Of a DNA stretch of 64,000 nt, positions 22,601-35,194 are shown one piece after another. The notes below the pieces were generated by a model. It was not told the origin of the DNA. It was given only the letters and a program-made list of their open reading frames with translations, and made no database searches. How positions within the stretch are numbered: position 1 is the stretch's first letter; the number at the start of each line of letters is the position of its first letter. Source of the DNA: Selaginella moellendorffii (Eukaryota; Plantae; Lycopodiophyta); contig NW_003314343.1 of the NCBI RefSeq assembly GCF_000143415.4, positions 496,813 to 560,812 of the forward strand, in the 5' to 3' direction. The translations under genes and the position numbers were made by a program.

Positions 22601-24907
22601 GGCTCCACAAACCACCGATAGATACCACAAAGGCCGCTCGGCCCGCAAACGCATGGCAATCCGGCCGTCCAGCCAGCCCGTATGTATCTTGTTGTTCTTG
22701 TACTCAGGTGCCTACAACGCACAAGTATTAGTGACAAGACACCACACCGCATGCATTACAAAAAGCTTACGTGAAGAAGATCGACGGTGTAGTCAACGTT
22801 GGTATGGATTTCACCTCGGATGTGCAGCTCTTTGAGCCCAAGTACCATGTTTGCAATGGCGGCCGGACGTGTCTCTCCAAACGCAAAGACGTGTCCTACA
22901 GGAGGCGCAAGAGCAATCAGCAATAATTAAGTGTGTCCTCGACTGGAAACGTACCAAACTGGGAATCGGAGAACTCGTGGATGCCACCACCAGACTGCAA
23001 GACAGGCCTCTCAGGACAGGGTGAAAAGGGAAAAGATAAAAGAGATTTTGCCGCACCTTTACAGAGAAATAGGCCCATATATTCGGTTTGCTTCTAAAGC
23101 TCACTTCCTGAAAAAAGCAGAACAAGTCTGAAGCAAAAAGAGACGCAGGGATATTGACATACCTGCACTTTGCCAGTGGTGGGCTTGAAACCATCGTCCG
23201 GATCCTCGCTAGTGACACGCACGGCTACAACATGTCCCCTGGGCTTGTTAGCCACTGCTGTGTCGAAGTCGAAAGCTACAGCGGTATCAGCAGCAGCTGC
23301 GTGCCAATTAGTCTGGTTGTGGACGAGCTGGTCTTCCTTGCCGTAAAACCGCCTGATCTCTGGAGTACTACGTCAACTTTAGCTCCCCACGATGTACAGG
23401 TAAAGAAAAAAAAAAACAAAACATACCCGGTATCTTCCAAAGAGGAATCCCCATGCCAACCGCGAGCTGTGCCGCAGGTAAGTTAACTTCCGCGATCCAC
23501 TCGGTCACCGGATGCTCTACCTGAAGGACACGGTAAGAGGAGGCAAGATATAAGCGAGACAAACCTGTAGCCGCGGGTTGAGCTCGAGAAAATGGAACTC
23601 GCCAGTCTCCATACTGTAGAGGTACTCCACAGTAGCAGCACCAACATAGCTGACACACTGTGCTAGTCTTCGAGCGCCTTGCTCCAAGAGGCGCACAGTC
23701 TCGGGCGGAGCTATGGTTATCGGCCCCTCTTCGATTATCTGCGATGGCGTTTGCGTTAGTGTAGTAGCAATGCGTCCCTTGGTTTTACCTTTTGATGGCG
23801 CCTTTGGACGCTGCAGTCACGGCTGTGCAACGCAGCGACATTGCCATACTGATCACACAGAAGCTGGACCTCCAAGTGGCGGCACTAACCAGAAGAAACA
23901 AAAAGAGAGTTTTTTCTTTCACGGTGTTCTTCATTCTTTACGTACCTGAGAGGCAACTTTCATGATAAAGATTGGCGAGCCGGGCACTTCGCCTTGCACT
24001 TGCTTAAACAAAGCCTTGACCTCTTCGTCGTTGTGAACCTACAGGAGGAACAGTATTCAGCTATAAAGAAGAGCACGAAGAAAGCGAAAGTTTTAGCTCT
24101 AAAATACCTTGCGGATCCCTTTGCCACCGCCACCCCAGGACGCCTTGATCATGGCCGGGTATCCAATCTTCTGGCACATCGCCAGCGCTTCCTCGGCCGA
24201 GAAAACGCACGCTTGCTTGTAGAGCTCCTCGGGGATCCCATCTCTACAGCTCTCAAACGGCACAGCAACCTGTGGATCAAAGAAGCAAAGAAGTGTGACT
24301 TGACGACGACGAGCGCATATAAACTCACGTTGGATCCACTCCAGGGAAGCGTTGGAACTCCAGCAGCCTGCGCGATGAGCGAGGATCCGATCTTATCCCC
24401 AAGAGCAGCCATAGGCGCCGCGGGAGGTCCCAAGAACACGATATTCCTCGCAGCGAGCGAGCTGGGAAGATCGGGATTCTCGGAAGCATGCCCCCATCCG
24501 GGCCACACTGCCGCCACGCCGGCTCGCTCGGCCACCTGGGAGAGACGCGAAGAACACCACGATCACAGCGAGAAGAAGGTGAGAGCTGTAGCACCGGATC
24601 ATACCTCGGTGATGAGCTGCACATTGGCGTAGTTGTTGTTGTTGGTGCCGCCGGGCACCTCGACGAACTGGTCGGCCATGCGGATGTGCTCGGCGTTGAT
24701 CCTCATGTCCTCGGGCGTGGCCATGGCGACGAGCACCACCGCCCTCTCCGCGCCAAACGCCTCATACGCCCAGGATCTGACGCTGCGCATGAACTTGACG
24801 GCGGCCATGCCATTGTTGGCAATGAGGATGCTGTGGATGGGCCGCGCGCCGCCCAGCGAGAAGCAGTAGTCGTCCACCTGCGAGTGGGGATGCCCGTTGG
24901 CCTCCAT
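16618..24907 (-). CDS. ACC1: Homomeric acetyl-CoA carboxylase (multi-exon, no transit peptide, so probably cytosolic)
   Basis: [13 protein letters not shown] and WPGWGHASE (biotin carboxylase), EVEVMKM (biotin Lys), ANSGARI and GVENLSGSG (carboxyltransferase). GT-AG introns. The last small exon reads [18 protein letters not shown]. Confidence 0.97.
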
Positions 24908-25910
24908 CGCTGCGCTCCAATCGCCCTACTTACCTAGGGCTCGACTCGCGCGAGCTGGGCATTCTTATGGCAATTGGAGAGGAGAGCTCTTTGGGCTCTT
25001 CAAGGGCGGAGAAGGATCCACGCCATTGTCATGGGTTTTGGGGCCAGTTAGGTGGGGTGATGTCTTTTTGTGTGTGTGTGTGTGTTTGCTCACACCGGTG
25101 GATCAAGTCAACACAGAGGAGATTGATTTGTTTGGGCAATGGGGTGGGTCTAGAATCTAGATCTAGGTGAAGATCCAACATCATCCTCTAACTTGGTATC
25201 TCAAATGCTCATCCGACAGTGCTCTCTAGTTTGCCCAGATAACTGGGGGGCTCTTGCAAGAGCTGCAGATGCCTAGTTGCGGCAAATGCCGAATCGCACA
25301 GATCATATCAGAAGATGACGAAACAACACAAGTCTAACTGGGGTTGACTTGGAACCAGAGATTCTCTACGTACGTGCACAGTCAACGTGATATCGTCATG
25401 TTTCCTCAAATGGGCATTCTTTAAGAGACCTCGGAGACTAAGTGGTGTGATTCAAGCAAAGGGAAGCTGGCTAAGCGAGAAAAATCTAAGAAATGAAAGA
25501 AACTCTTTTTTTTTTTCTGGAAAGAACAAAATGCAACTTGTGTTTTGAGCGAGAGCTGCTATGAAGACAAGCTCTACGTATGTACGTCCTTGCCCAACCT
25601 AAAGGCCACCTCGGATTGTGATGCCATCTTTGCACTAGATCCAATTCGCCTCTGGAAGGCCTTCGTAATTCCTTGATTTTAGCATTCCAACTGTATAGAT
25701 GCCAAGAATGCCACGCCTCTTCTACTAGAATCCAAGGATTTTGGACAATTTTGAGCACTCAATCCCTTGGAAAACCTTCCTTTCTATCCAGAAAGCCTCC
25801 TTTTTATCTCCAGATTTGATCGCTTCTCCTGCCAAAATCTCAAATCCTTCAAATGCCACGTTGATACCTATTCTATCGCACAAGTCAATGAGCTGGGGAC
25901 TTCTGCAAGA

Positions 25911-25992
25911 TCGCACACTTACTCTAAAGTTATGCCGACACAAGAATGTGTTCTTCCGTGCGCTTTGGCCTCAAATCCCGGACGACATCTAT
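25911..25992 (-). pseudogene. Degenerate duplicate of one P5CR exon
   Basis: VVRDLRPKRTEEHILVS versus [17 protein letters not shown] in the exon at ~26993-27082, with matching flanking intron sequence. Confidence 0.65.
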
Positions 25993-26163
25993 AGAAGATC
26001 TTTCTCCAAACTTTTATGGAATTGGGACCCTCGTCCTTCCATCTCCGCCACCCTGCCTGGAAAGATGGCCTATGATTCTCTTTTCTAGTGACCTGGAGAA
26101 AAACTTTTAGCAAAACATGTTCTGTTTGTTTTCAAAACACAAGAGACAGTATTTCTAACTTGA

Positions 26164-27442
26164 TCACATCTTGGAAAGCTTTTCACCTCTCTCAGTCGCT
26201 GCAACAACAGCATTTATGAATGCAGCTCTAACTCCGCCTTTCTCGAGCTCGTGCAGTCCTGCTATCGTGGTTCCTGTTTTTCAAAAGTCAAATCCAAAAG
26301 TCACTAATTCAAGACAGAGAGAAAGAAAAAAATATATGTTTACAATACCTCCAGGAGATGCTACTTCGTCTTTCAGCAATCCCGGATGCTTTCCTGTTTC
26401 CAGCACCATTTTGGCCGATCCATAAACCTGCGATACGGTTAAATAAAAGAAAAGAACTTCAATGATCTAGATGAGACAAGGCTTACCGTTTGTGCTGCGA
26501 GTGACAAGGCAATGTTTCTTGGCAATCCAGCCGCCACTCCGCCATCAGCAAGAGCTTCTATAACGAGGAAGATATAAGCAGGGCCACTACCACTGCACAG
26601 CAACAAAAACGTATTCTTCTGTCAACAGGCAAGAAAACGTATGAAGAACAAACACTTGATCTACCTTACTCCCGTCACAGCGTTGAGGAGCTTCTCGTCG
26701 ACTATATGAATTTTCCCCACCGCCTCAAAGAGCGACTTGACGAGATCAGCGTCTTTGTTCGTCGCAAACAACCCCAGGCTCATAGCTGACAAGAAACGAA
26801 GAAAAGATTCAGTTGCGGAGTCTACAGACACAAACGTAGTCTTTTTGTTACCAGCGGCTGTCTCTCCCACCAGACATGGAGTGTTGGGCATTACCCTCAC
26901 GATTCTTGCCTCTCCTGCCCATTCCTAGCTCCACGAAATGGATCAAAGCAGAAAAATCTAAAGAGGACATAAAAACTCGTCGCACACATACCTGTAAGCG
27001 ATCCAAAGTCACGCCTGCTGCAATCGACACAAGCAAGTGTTCTTCCGTGAGCTTTGGCTTCAAATCCTTGACGACGATGCTAGCTGCACTCTTCCAACAG
27101 CCAAGGAATCACTAAAAGAGGCATACGAAGAAAAAGAAAAAAGGCACAAGGAGAAAGCTTTACCAATCTGGGGCTTCACTGCGAGAATTATGACATCGCT
27201 GCTGCTCGCAACCTGATCAGAGATAGAATCCCGTCCAATCTGGAGAGGGAAGGGAAAATGTAGCTTACCTCATGGTTGGATTCAACAGTTTTGACGCCCA
27301 ATTGCTCAAACACGCGGCGCCGGGCCTCGCTCACATCGGCTGCGATCATCCTAGAGAACGGTACGATCGATGCTCGGGACAAGCCCCGCGCGATCGCCTC
27401 CGCCATGGCGCCGGCGCCGACGAATCCGACTCGACACCCCAT
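26164..27442 (-). CDS. P5CR: Pyrroline-5-carboxylate reductase (multi-exon)
   Basis: [41 protein letters not shown] and [14 protein letters not shown]. Confidence 0.96.
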
Positions 27443-27523
27443 GTTGGCCTACAACCCTAAAACCCCCAAAACCCCTGTTGAAAAGAGCATATTCCAAATA
27501 AATTAGGGCTCTTGGGCAAATGC

Positions 27524-29260
27524 ATGATCGGCCTTCTTCGCAGATGGGCGCATTCTCAGCCGGATTGCGCAGCGCAGGGCGTGTTCGCCAAGGCTCTGGA
27601 TCAGGATGCGCTTGCGACGCTGCTGCGATCGTGTGGGGCGTCCAAGAATCTGGCCAAGGGCAGGCTCGCGCATGGATTCCTCGTAGCCGGAGAGCACAAG
27701 CACAACAGATACCTCGCCAATCTCGTCGTCCAGATGTATGGAAAATGCGGCAGCGTGGCCGACGCTCAAGCCGCATTCCAGGAGATCTCTCATCCCAATC
27801 TCTTCTCCTGGAACATCCTCCTTGCTGCATATGCCCAGAACGGGCATATTGATCGTGCGAAGGAGGTATTTGATTCTCTAGAGAGAAAAAACGTTGTAAC
27901 GTGCACGACGATGCTACAGCTCTACACTCACCACGGAGAATTCGATCTCGCTGAGGAGCTTTTCGAGAGCATGGCCGATCGAAACACTGTGTCTTGGAAC
28001 ACAATGATCACCGCGTATGCCCAGGCCGGGCATTTGCAATCTGCGAAGAAGATATTTGATCGAGCGCTTGTCAGGGACGTTGTGTCGTGGAACGCAGTCG
28101 TCCAGGGCTTCTCGCAAAACGGATCCCTGAGCGGCGCCCGGGAGATCTTTGAGAGAATGCCGCAGAGGAACACTGTGTCCTGGAATCTCATGATCTCCGC
28201 AGTGGCTGCTCACGGCGAGGGGAATTATCTAGAAGAGATGAAGTGTCTGTTTGATCAGATGGAAGCGACGGACGCGCTGTCGTGGAATCCTTTGATCCAA
28301 GCTTATGCTCAGAATGGGGATATCGATCAAGCCTGTCAACTTTTCGATGATATGCCCGAGCGAGACGTGACTTCCTGGAACATTATGATCCAGTCGTTCG
28401 TGGAAAATGGGATGGCAAAAGAGGCCGAGTTTGCCTTCCGGAAAATGCCCGAGCAAGACGTGGTTTCCTGCACTGCGATGCTCGCTTCGTTTGCCAAGTC
28501 TGGGAATCTCAACAAGCTCCATGCCACCTTTCGGAGCATGACGGAGAGAAACACAGTAACTTGGAACGCTTTTCTACAAGGATACTGCGAAAACAACCGT
28601 CTTCAGGAGGCTCTGAAGGTGTTGAAGAGAATGCCCGAGTGGACTACTGCGTCGTGGAACTCGATGATCCCAACTTATGCCCAATCTGGGCATCTTGACA
28701 AGGCCAAGTCAACGTTTGAGTCTATGCCTGACTTGGACATCGCTTCTTGGACTGCGCTTGTCAAAGCTCTGGGTCATACGGGACATGGATCCGAGGCGCT
28801 GGAGGTGTTTCGAAAGATGATCCTGGAGGGCCACACTCCAAACGAGATATCCTTTGTGAATGCTCTCTCGGCTTGCAGCCACGGTGGTCTGCTGGAGGAA
28901 GGAATCGAGCTCTTCCAGTCGATGCAAAGCGACCATGGAATCAAGGCGATGAGGGAGCACTACTGCGCCGTGATCGATGTTCTTGGGCGAGCTGGGCGTG
29001 TGGAGAGTGCCGAGGAGCTCATCCTCGACATGCCATTTTCTCCAGATGCGATTGCGTGGGGATCGCTGCTTGGCGCTTGCAAGCTCCACCGCGATGTTGT
29101 TCGCGGAGAGAATGCCGCAGAGAGACTCCTGGCTATGGATCCTCACAACTCAGTGCCGTACCTCATGCTCGAGGAGATTTATACAAGCGTTGGGAGGAAG
29201 AAAGACGTTGCCAAGCTCAAGAGGGTTATGAAGTCGAAAGGATTGATCAAAGATGCATAG
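27524..29260 (+). CDS. PLS-class pentatricopeptide repeat protein with E domain and no DYW (putative organellar C-to-U editing factor)
   Basis: Intronless. Many ~31-aa '..VSWN.M..AYAQ.G' motifs, then ACSHGGL, HYCAVIDVLGRAG and WGSLLGAC. Ends at KGLIKDA*. Confidence 0.95.
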   Translation: MIGLLRRWAHSQPDCAAQGVFAKALDQDALATLLRSCGASKNLAKGRLAHGFLVAGEHKHNRYLANLVVQMYGKCGSVADAQAAFQEISHPNLFSWNILLAAYAQNGHIDRAKEVFDSLERKNVVTCTTMLQLYTHHGEFDLAEELFESMADRNTVSWNTMITAYAQAGHLQSAKKIFDRALVRDVVSWNAVVQGFSQNGSLSGAREIFERMPQRNTVSWNLMISAVAAHGEGNYLEEMKCLFDQMEATDALSWNPLIQAYAQNGDIDQACQLFDDMPERDVTSWNIMIQSFVENGMAKEAEFAFRKMPEQDVVSCTAMLASFAKSGNLNKLHATFRSMTERNTVTWNAFLQGYCENNRLQEALKVLKRMPEWTTASWNSMIPTYAQSGHLDKAKSTFESMPDLDIASWTALVKALGHTGHGSEALEVFRKMILEGHTPNEISFVNALSACSHGGLLEEGIELFQSMQSDHGIKAMREHYCAVIDVLGRAGRVESAEELILDMPFSPDAIAWGSLLGACKLHRDVVRGENAAERLLAMDPHNSVPYLMLEEIYTSVGRKKDVAKLKRVMKSKGLIKDA

Positions 29261-29601
29261 CTTCCAATCAATCCATAGTGATTACTCGTCGACTACAGAT
29301 CAAGGCGCTCCAGGATCAACTTGACGTGATATTGTTGTTGGATCTCCTTTGGTACTGGAATGATCTTGGGCGCTTGCTCATGATTCCACTTCTCTTCTAG
29401 GTGACTTCTCCTGGATCAATCCCTCATGAGATTTCCTCAATCTCGGTTCTAAGCGATACTCTTACCTCCGCGCAGTACAAGCCAGAGGAGTGCCTCTCAC
29501 TCTCATCGCTCGAATCTAGATCTCCATCGCCAGATACTCTTAAGAACAATATATAATTTATTCACGAAGGAAATTTATTCAAGTCCAGCTTTTTCTAAGA
29601 G

Positions 29602-29844
29602 CTATGGAACACAGGCACAGCGTGCCCTGCTACAGAACTCCTTAAACGCTTCCACAGCCTCCTGATCACAATACGCTGCTGAGGCATCACCATATAGGGG
29701 AGTATTCGGACAGCACGCGCAAAGGCAACCTTCGCGAGGATCCCTGCAGCCTTGTGGGAGATCTCTGCATTCCTGGGAAGCTACTGCTGACACCAGAAGC
29801 GCAAGAGCAAAGAGAGCAGCGCAAACTCTAGGACTGACCATCAT
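29602..29844 (-). CDS. Small secreted cysteine-rich peptide (80 aa, 10 Cys in the mature part)
   Basis: Hydrophobic signal peptide ending AVA-SQ, upstream TATA-like element, and a tandem paralog that conserves the cysteines. Confidence 0.8.
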   Translation of the reverse strand: MMVSPRVCAALFALALLVSAVASQECRDLPQGCRDPREGCLCACCPNTPLYGDASAAYCDQEAVEAFKEFCSRARCACVP

Positions 29845-30404
29845 CCCAAGATGTGAATACCTTGGAACACATACTGTCGGTATATATTCGTCAAGAGAGG
29901 CCGCCTAAACTGACTTCCAGAAAAGATATACCTTGGCATCTTTCAATGTTTAGGCCTTTCATGCGCTGCTTCATATCCATTCGTTCTTTTTTGCTCACAA
30001 GGACACATACCAAAAGTCAATTGTCAAGAATACAAAAACTTATAAATTATGTTCCCTGTCATGGATCCGCCACGAGCAGCACCTTGTAAATAGCTTATGA
30101 ATGAGTGAATGAATTATTTTATTAGATGCCGGGGATAGCCAAAGTTCCTCATGATTCCTCCACGTTTCTTCTCAGCATGTCCTGGATTTCTTGGATCTAG
30201 TCGATGCTTTCAATTCTGACCACGGGCGTCAAGAACAAGGAGCTCCGCGGGGTGCAAGCCAAGCTAGATGTCAGAGGAGTCGGACTTCTCGTCCTGCAAG
30301 CCGAGCGCTCGAATCTATATCTCCATCGCTAGATGCTGAAAAACATATAGCTCTTTCACAAGGAAAATTATTTTATCAATTTAAGTCCAGCTTGTTCTAA
30401 CAAG

Positions 30405-30641
30405 CTATGGAACACATGCACAGCGTGCGATACTACAGAAATCCTTGAACTCTTTCACAGTCTTTTGATCGCATACGCTGCTGAGGCATCACCTTATAGG
30501 GGAGTATTTGCACAGCACGCGCAACGGCAAGCTTGCCTCCTAAAATCCATGCATCCTTGTGGCAGATCTTTGCATTCTTGGGAAGTTACAGCAGAAACCA
30601 GAAGCACAAGAGCAAAGAAAGCAGCACAAACTCACCATCAT
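30405..30641 (-). pseudogene. Pseudogene copy of the Cys-rich peptide
   Basis: QECKDLPQGCMDFRRQACRCACCANTPL*. Has an 8-nt deletion after MMV, a TAT>TAA stop and a further 1-nt deletion. Confidence 0.85.
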
Positions 30642-30672
30642 GCCAAGATGTGAAGAACCTAGAACCCACTTA

Positions 30673-30675
<3 letters not shown>

Positions 30676-30717
<42 letters not shown>
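30676..30717. repeat. (TA)n microsatellite
   Basis: About 21 TA units. Confidence 0.95.
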
Positions 30718-30719
<2 letters not shown>

Positions 30720-30759
30720 TATGCGTGTCCGTTTTGAAAATGCACCAGCACATGAAAAG

Positions 30760-32280
30760 TGAAAAGCTTAAGAATATTTGTTAGGCATCTAATGGCCATT
30801 CTACCTTGCTCACTAAATCCTAGCAGTCTTGAAGTTATACAAATACAGGCTTTAAGTCCCCCAAAATCACAACATTAAAATATGCTGGAAGCATAATTTG
30901 CCTTTAGCAAATAATTGGTACTTAAAATAGTCAAGCTAAATGAGGTTGCACTTATTTGAAATTTACAGAATTTAATTTAAATTTAAATTTTATAAATTAT
31001 ACAACAGATCCAATTATATTGTAGATAAGTGAAAATAAAATACCAAATTGCATAACTGACTTAGACAACTATTAATAAAGGCATCATCAACATATGTTTA
31101 ACAAAGGCTTAACACATCAATATTTGAAACTTTAAGGATAAATGGGATAAAGTAACCATTAAGGGGAATTACATGAAGTAATTGACTTTTCTCTAATTTT
31201 TCTAAGTTAGATTATAAGGAAAGAGATAAAGTGGATTATAAATCCACATGGGTGACTTCACTTAAATCATTATATCATTATAGTACTGTTTTTTGAAGAC
31301 AAATAAAAAATTCATACTGACACTAAGTATTAACCCATAAATGATAAGTGATAATTATTGTAAAGTGATCAAACCAATAGTTTCTTAGGAGAAATTTAAG
31401 TGGATGTTAAGAATTGAATTATGAATGATGCCATCAACTAAGTATTAAACTACATTAACTATTATTCCACAGTCAAAGGAAGAAGAGGAGGAAGTTGTTG
31501 TTGCAAAGGAGGAGGCAATTATTTATTTATAAATGCTAAAAAAAGAAAAATGAAGGGATATTTATAAATGGTTATGATTTAGAAATGAGATAGGAACAAA
31601 TGAAGTGTTGCCTTATGCCATCCCCTCTCATTAAACAATAATTTTGCTCTCTCTGTGCTTAAATAACAGCATTTGTGTGATGCCTTTTGTTTTTCTCCAT
31701 TTTTTGCATAATGCCATGTGATTTGGTACACAGGAAAATATAGGTACAATAATATTTTTTAAAAATATGAGATGTTTTTCCTTGTATAATCCATGTCATT
31801 CACTATGAATCATCATTATTCCATGTCAGTAATGCATATGAAAGAAATTTTACGATGTAAAAGGGAGTTGTAAAGGCATAACTATCTATTATTCATGGAG
31901 TGAATGCACTCTTAAGGTACACAGACAACTCTTATTACTTTGGTAAGCTTATTAATCTTGTTAATCTTATTTTTGTGGGCAACAACTTGCTTCAATTAAG
32001 TTTATATTACATGTGTTTTACTGTGTACCATTATAATAATGGTATTGTCATAAAAAGCTTAGTAAAAATTAAATGATACATAACAATTTTGAAATGTTTT
32101 CGTACTTTCTTACTGTCTGAAAATTGCACCTTACAAATAATATGCTTGAGCTAATTCCTGCTTATATACTAAACATATAATAGAATTTGACATTCAAATA
32201 TAAGAGAAGAAATAACAAAACCAAACTATATCATACTAAATTAATTATTTTATAGCATCATTTTAATTTCGCTAGAGGAA
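30760..32280. mobile_element. AT-rich, highly decayed TE-like sequence (possibly hAT)
   Basis: Abrupt AT-rich block with no ORFs. A weak hAT-like fragment IIHGVNALLRYTD lies near 31890-31930. Confidence 0.3.
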
Positions 32281-33395
32281 TTATGCAATCAATTTTAACA
32301 TGGCTTGCTCAAATGCAACGTTATAGCGCAAGCAGCTCTGGTGGTGTGGCGCGATTTAGCCCCGCAATGCAAGGTAAGGGCGTGGGCACAAGTGAGCCCC
32401 AGCGATGTGAGGTGTGCCGGCACAGTTCGCATGATTTGTTTTTTGGCACCCTCGAGTGTCTTCTCCGAGCGGCTAGCTCTCTCTGAATCGCTCAATTGTT
32501 GCTGAGACACTGACTGTAAGACCGTCAGGATCAGGCGTTTAACGTGAATCAGTGAGCAGCTCTTTGAGCGATGCATGTTTAGGAGGTGCGACTGAGAAAG
32601 ACTCGACTTTCGCCAGGTGCCAGTTTGTCAAACTATTTTCTTGGTCAGTTGTGTGGCACAACTCTTTCCTCTCACTCCAATCGCAGCCGAGCAGCGAGTA
32701 GGGAGCAGTGTTGGGAGAACTTTGGCCCTTTCCATCGGTAAGTTCATAAGCTCTTTCCTTCATGTTGACCACTAACTATTTAGGTCACAGGAAGCATTGG
32801 ATATAGACCTGGAATCCAGCGGGATCCTGACCCGGCAATCATCCAAGCCACTGCTAGCTTTTGAACGATCGATCTGTTGTACCATTTAGAGCTTTACATG
32901 GAAAAATTGTTCGTGCACAAAAACTCTTAAAAACAAGTGAATGTTCATTTTGTAACTTCTATTAAGTCTTGCCAACTAGCCGGCATTCGCTGGGCAATTT
33001 TTAGTTGTAGCACAAATCAGCATATTCTTTGGAACCTTCGGCCAAGAAAGATAATTAATCATAGTTTGACGCGCCTGAAATTCTAAAACCAAAATGCGCT
33101 TTTGATAAGTCCATACTCGTCAATACTCGTTTCAAACGCTGCTTAGTTGGTGACAGGTGGACGCATCTGAGCGTGCCAGCGCACAAACTGCCCGTTAATC
33201 TGGCCAGGCAGTGCCACGTTGCAAATGCCCATTGGCCACAGTAGCAATGCATTCTGTGATTTCTAGGTATTTAAAGGACCGTCCCCCCCGCCCAACGGGT
33301 CCATTGGCTTTCTATTCTTCCAACGCCGGGGCACAGTCTAGGGTTCTTCGAGGGATTTCTTGGAGCGATTCTAGCACAAGGATTTTCTCGGCGCC

Positions 33396-35194
33396 ATGTC
33401 GATTGCCGAGACAGCTGCGGGATGGGGCAGGGATATTTTCGATCGCTGGACAGGTTTGGGGCGAAGCTTGCATTGCGCGTCCCTGGAGAAATTTGAGGCG
33501 TCGGAGGAGATTTTGCCTCGCACACCGCTCCTCAAGCCACGGAATCTGGCGGTTTCTAGCCCGCCTCCTCTCTCACTACCGCCGGCAATGCGGCTGAATT
33601 TGTCGCCATTGCAATCGCAAACGCTGGCCAACGCGGTCGGGGGATTTTGTAGCTATGAGAATTGCTCGTCTTGCGTCGCGCCTACTCCGACAAGAGGAAC
33701 TCCAAGAAGCCCTCTCCTGGAGCTCAAGACAGAGATTAACAGATCTAGCTCGCCGGATACGGATAGCAGTCCATCGCTGGGATTTCGGGCCAAAGCAGGG
33801 GCCAGCAAGAGGATCAAGGGGAATTCTCCTTCTTTTCGAGGATTGTCGCAAACAAAGTGGGGTGGTGACAAGGTGGCCAAAGAAAACACTGAGCAGCAAA
33901 GCACAGTGGCAGTGGTTTCGCCTTTAAAGAGGAAAAGACCTCCAAAGCTGCAAATTCCCAGCTCGGGTGGTGAGTCGGAGGTTGTCAAGCCGGATCATAT
34001 GGACGTTCCAATGGATATCTCAGCGGAGGGAAAAGGCTATGGAATTCACAGCAAAAAGGGTCACCGAGAAGTTCTCGAGGATGCGTATCAAGCTGTCCTT
34101 GACATTGATGGAAACTCGAGACATGTAAGCTGATCTCCTCTGTACTTTGATTGCTTGATGACTGGGTCTTTGATTTCTTCTCGTGCAATTGGAACAGTGT
34201 TTTTTTAAAATCTTGACTGTTTCTACGTGAGTTTCTGGATCTGATTACTGACTGGGTCGCTGGATTTTCTCGCTACAGGCTTTCTTTGGAATTTTCGATG
34301 GTCACGGGGGACGCGTAGCGGCCGAGTTTGCTGCCGACAACTTGTCCCGAAACATCCGTGATGCTCTTGACAATGGAGAACGCGACTTGGAAGCCGCTGT
34401 GAGAGTGGGTTATCTTTCAACGGACGCTGCGTTCCTTAAGAAGGTAAATTTCTTCGAAAGTCCCCGTAGAAGAAAAGTGAAGAAAAACTCGGCGATGGCT
34501 AACTGGAGGAACTTTTTATTTATTTTGCAGCAACTTTCAAGTGGAGCAAGCTGCGTCACAGCCTTCATACGGGATGGATCGCTGGTGGTCGCAAATGCTG
34601 GAGACTGCCGTGCAGTGATGAGTAGAAATGGAGTCGCTGTAGCTCTCACAGAAGATCACAGGCTTGCTCGCGAGGACGAGAGAAGAAGAGTGGAAGATCT
34701 GGTAAGTGAAGTTTATTTTTCTGTTTGAAGTTCTGTGGGCTTACAAGCTTTGCTCTACAGGGTGGCTACGTTGATTTGTACTCGGGTGTTTGGAGATTAC
34801 AAGGAGTGCTGGCGGTGTCAAGAGGCATTGGTGATATCCATCTCAAAAGATGGGTGTCCGCAGAACCTGAGATCCAAAAGCTCGCTGTCGATGAGGATTG
34901 TGAGTTTTTGTTGCTAGCATCTGATGGGCTTTGGGATGTGGTAAGTTGTGTAGCATTTCTTTCTGCTCGCTCTTTTCTAACTCGATTCTCTTTCTCTAGG
35001 TGTCGAATCAAGAGGCTGTAGATTGCGTAGGAGACGAGATTAGATCGGCAGAGATGAGTAGCGTTGGAGGATTAGCAGCGTCGACGAAGAAACTGGCCGA
35101 GCTCGCGGCGAGCAGAGGTTCTCAAGACGACATAAGCGTCATGGCCATCGACTTGAGACATTTTCGAAATCTTAGGGCGGACGTGTCGCATTGA
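33396..35194 (+). CDS. Protein phosphatase 2C, clade B (AP2C-like MAPK phosphatase)
   Basis: Kinase-interaction motif [11 protein letters not shown], plus [32 protein letters not shown] and SQDDISV. Four GT-AG introns. Confidence 0.93.

Noticed and set aside
32280-32800. Fragment faintly like a quinone oxidoreductase (KERAYELTDGKG)
   Set aside because: A single short motif in broken frames; needs a tBLASTn search to support.
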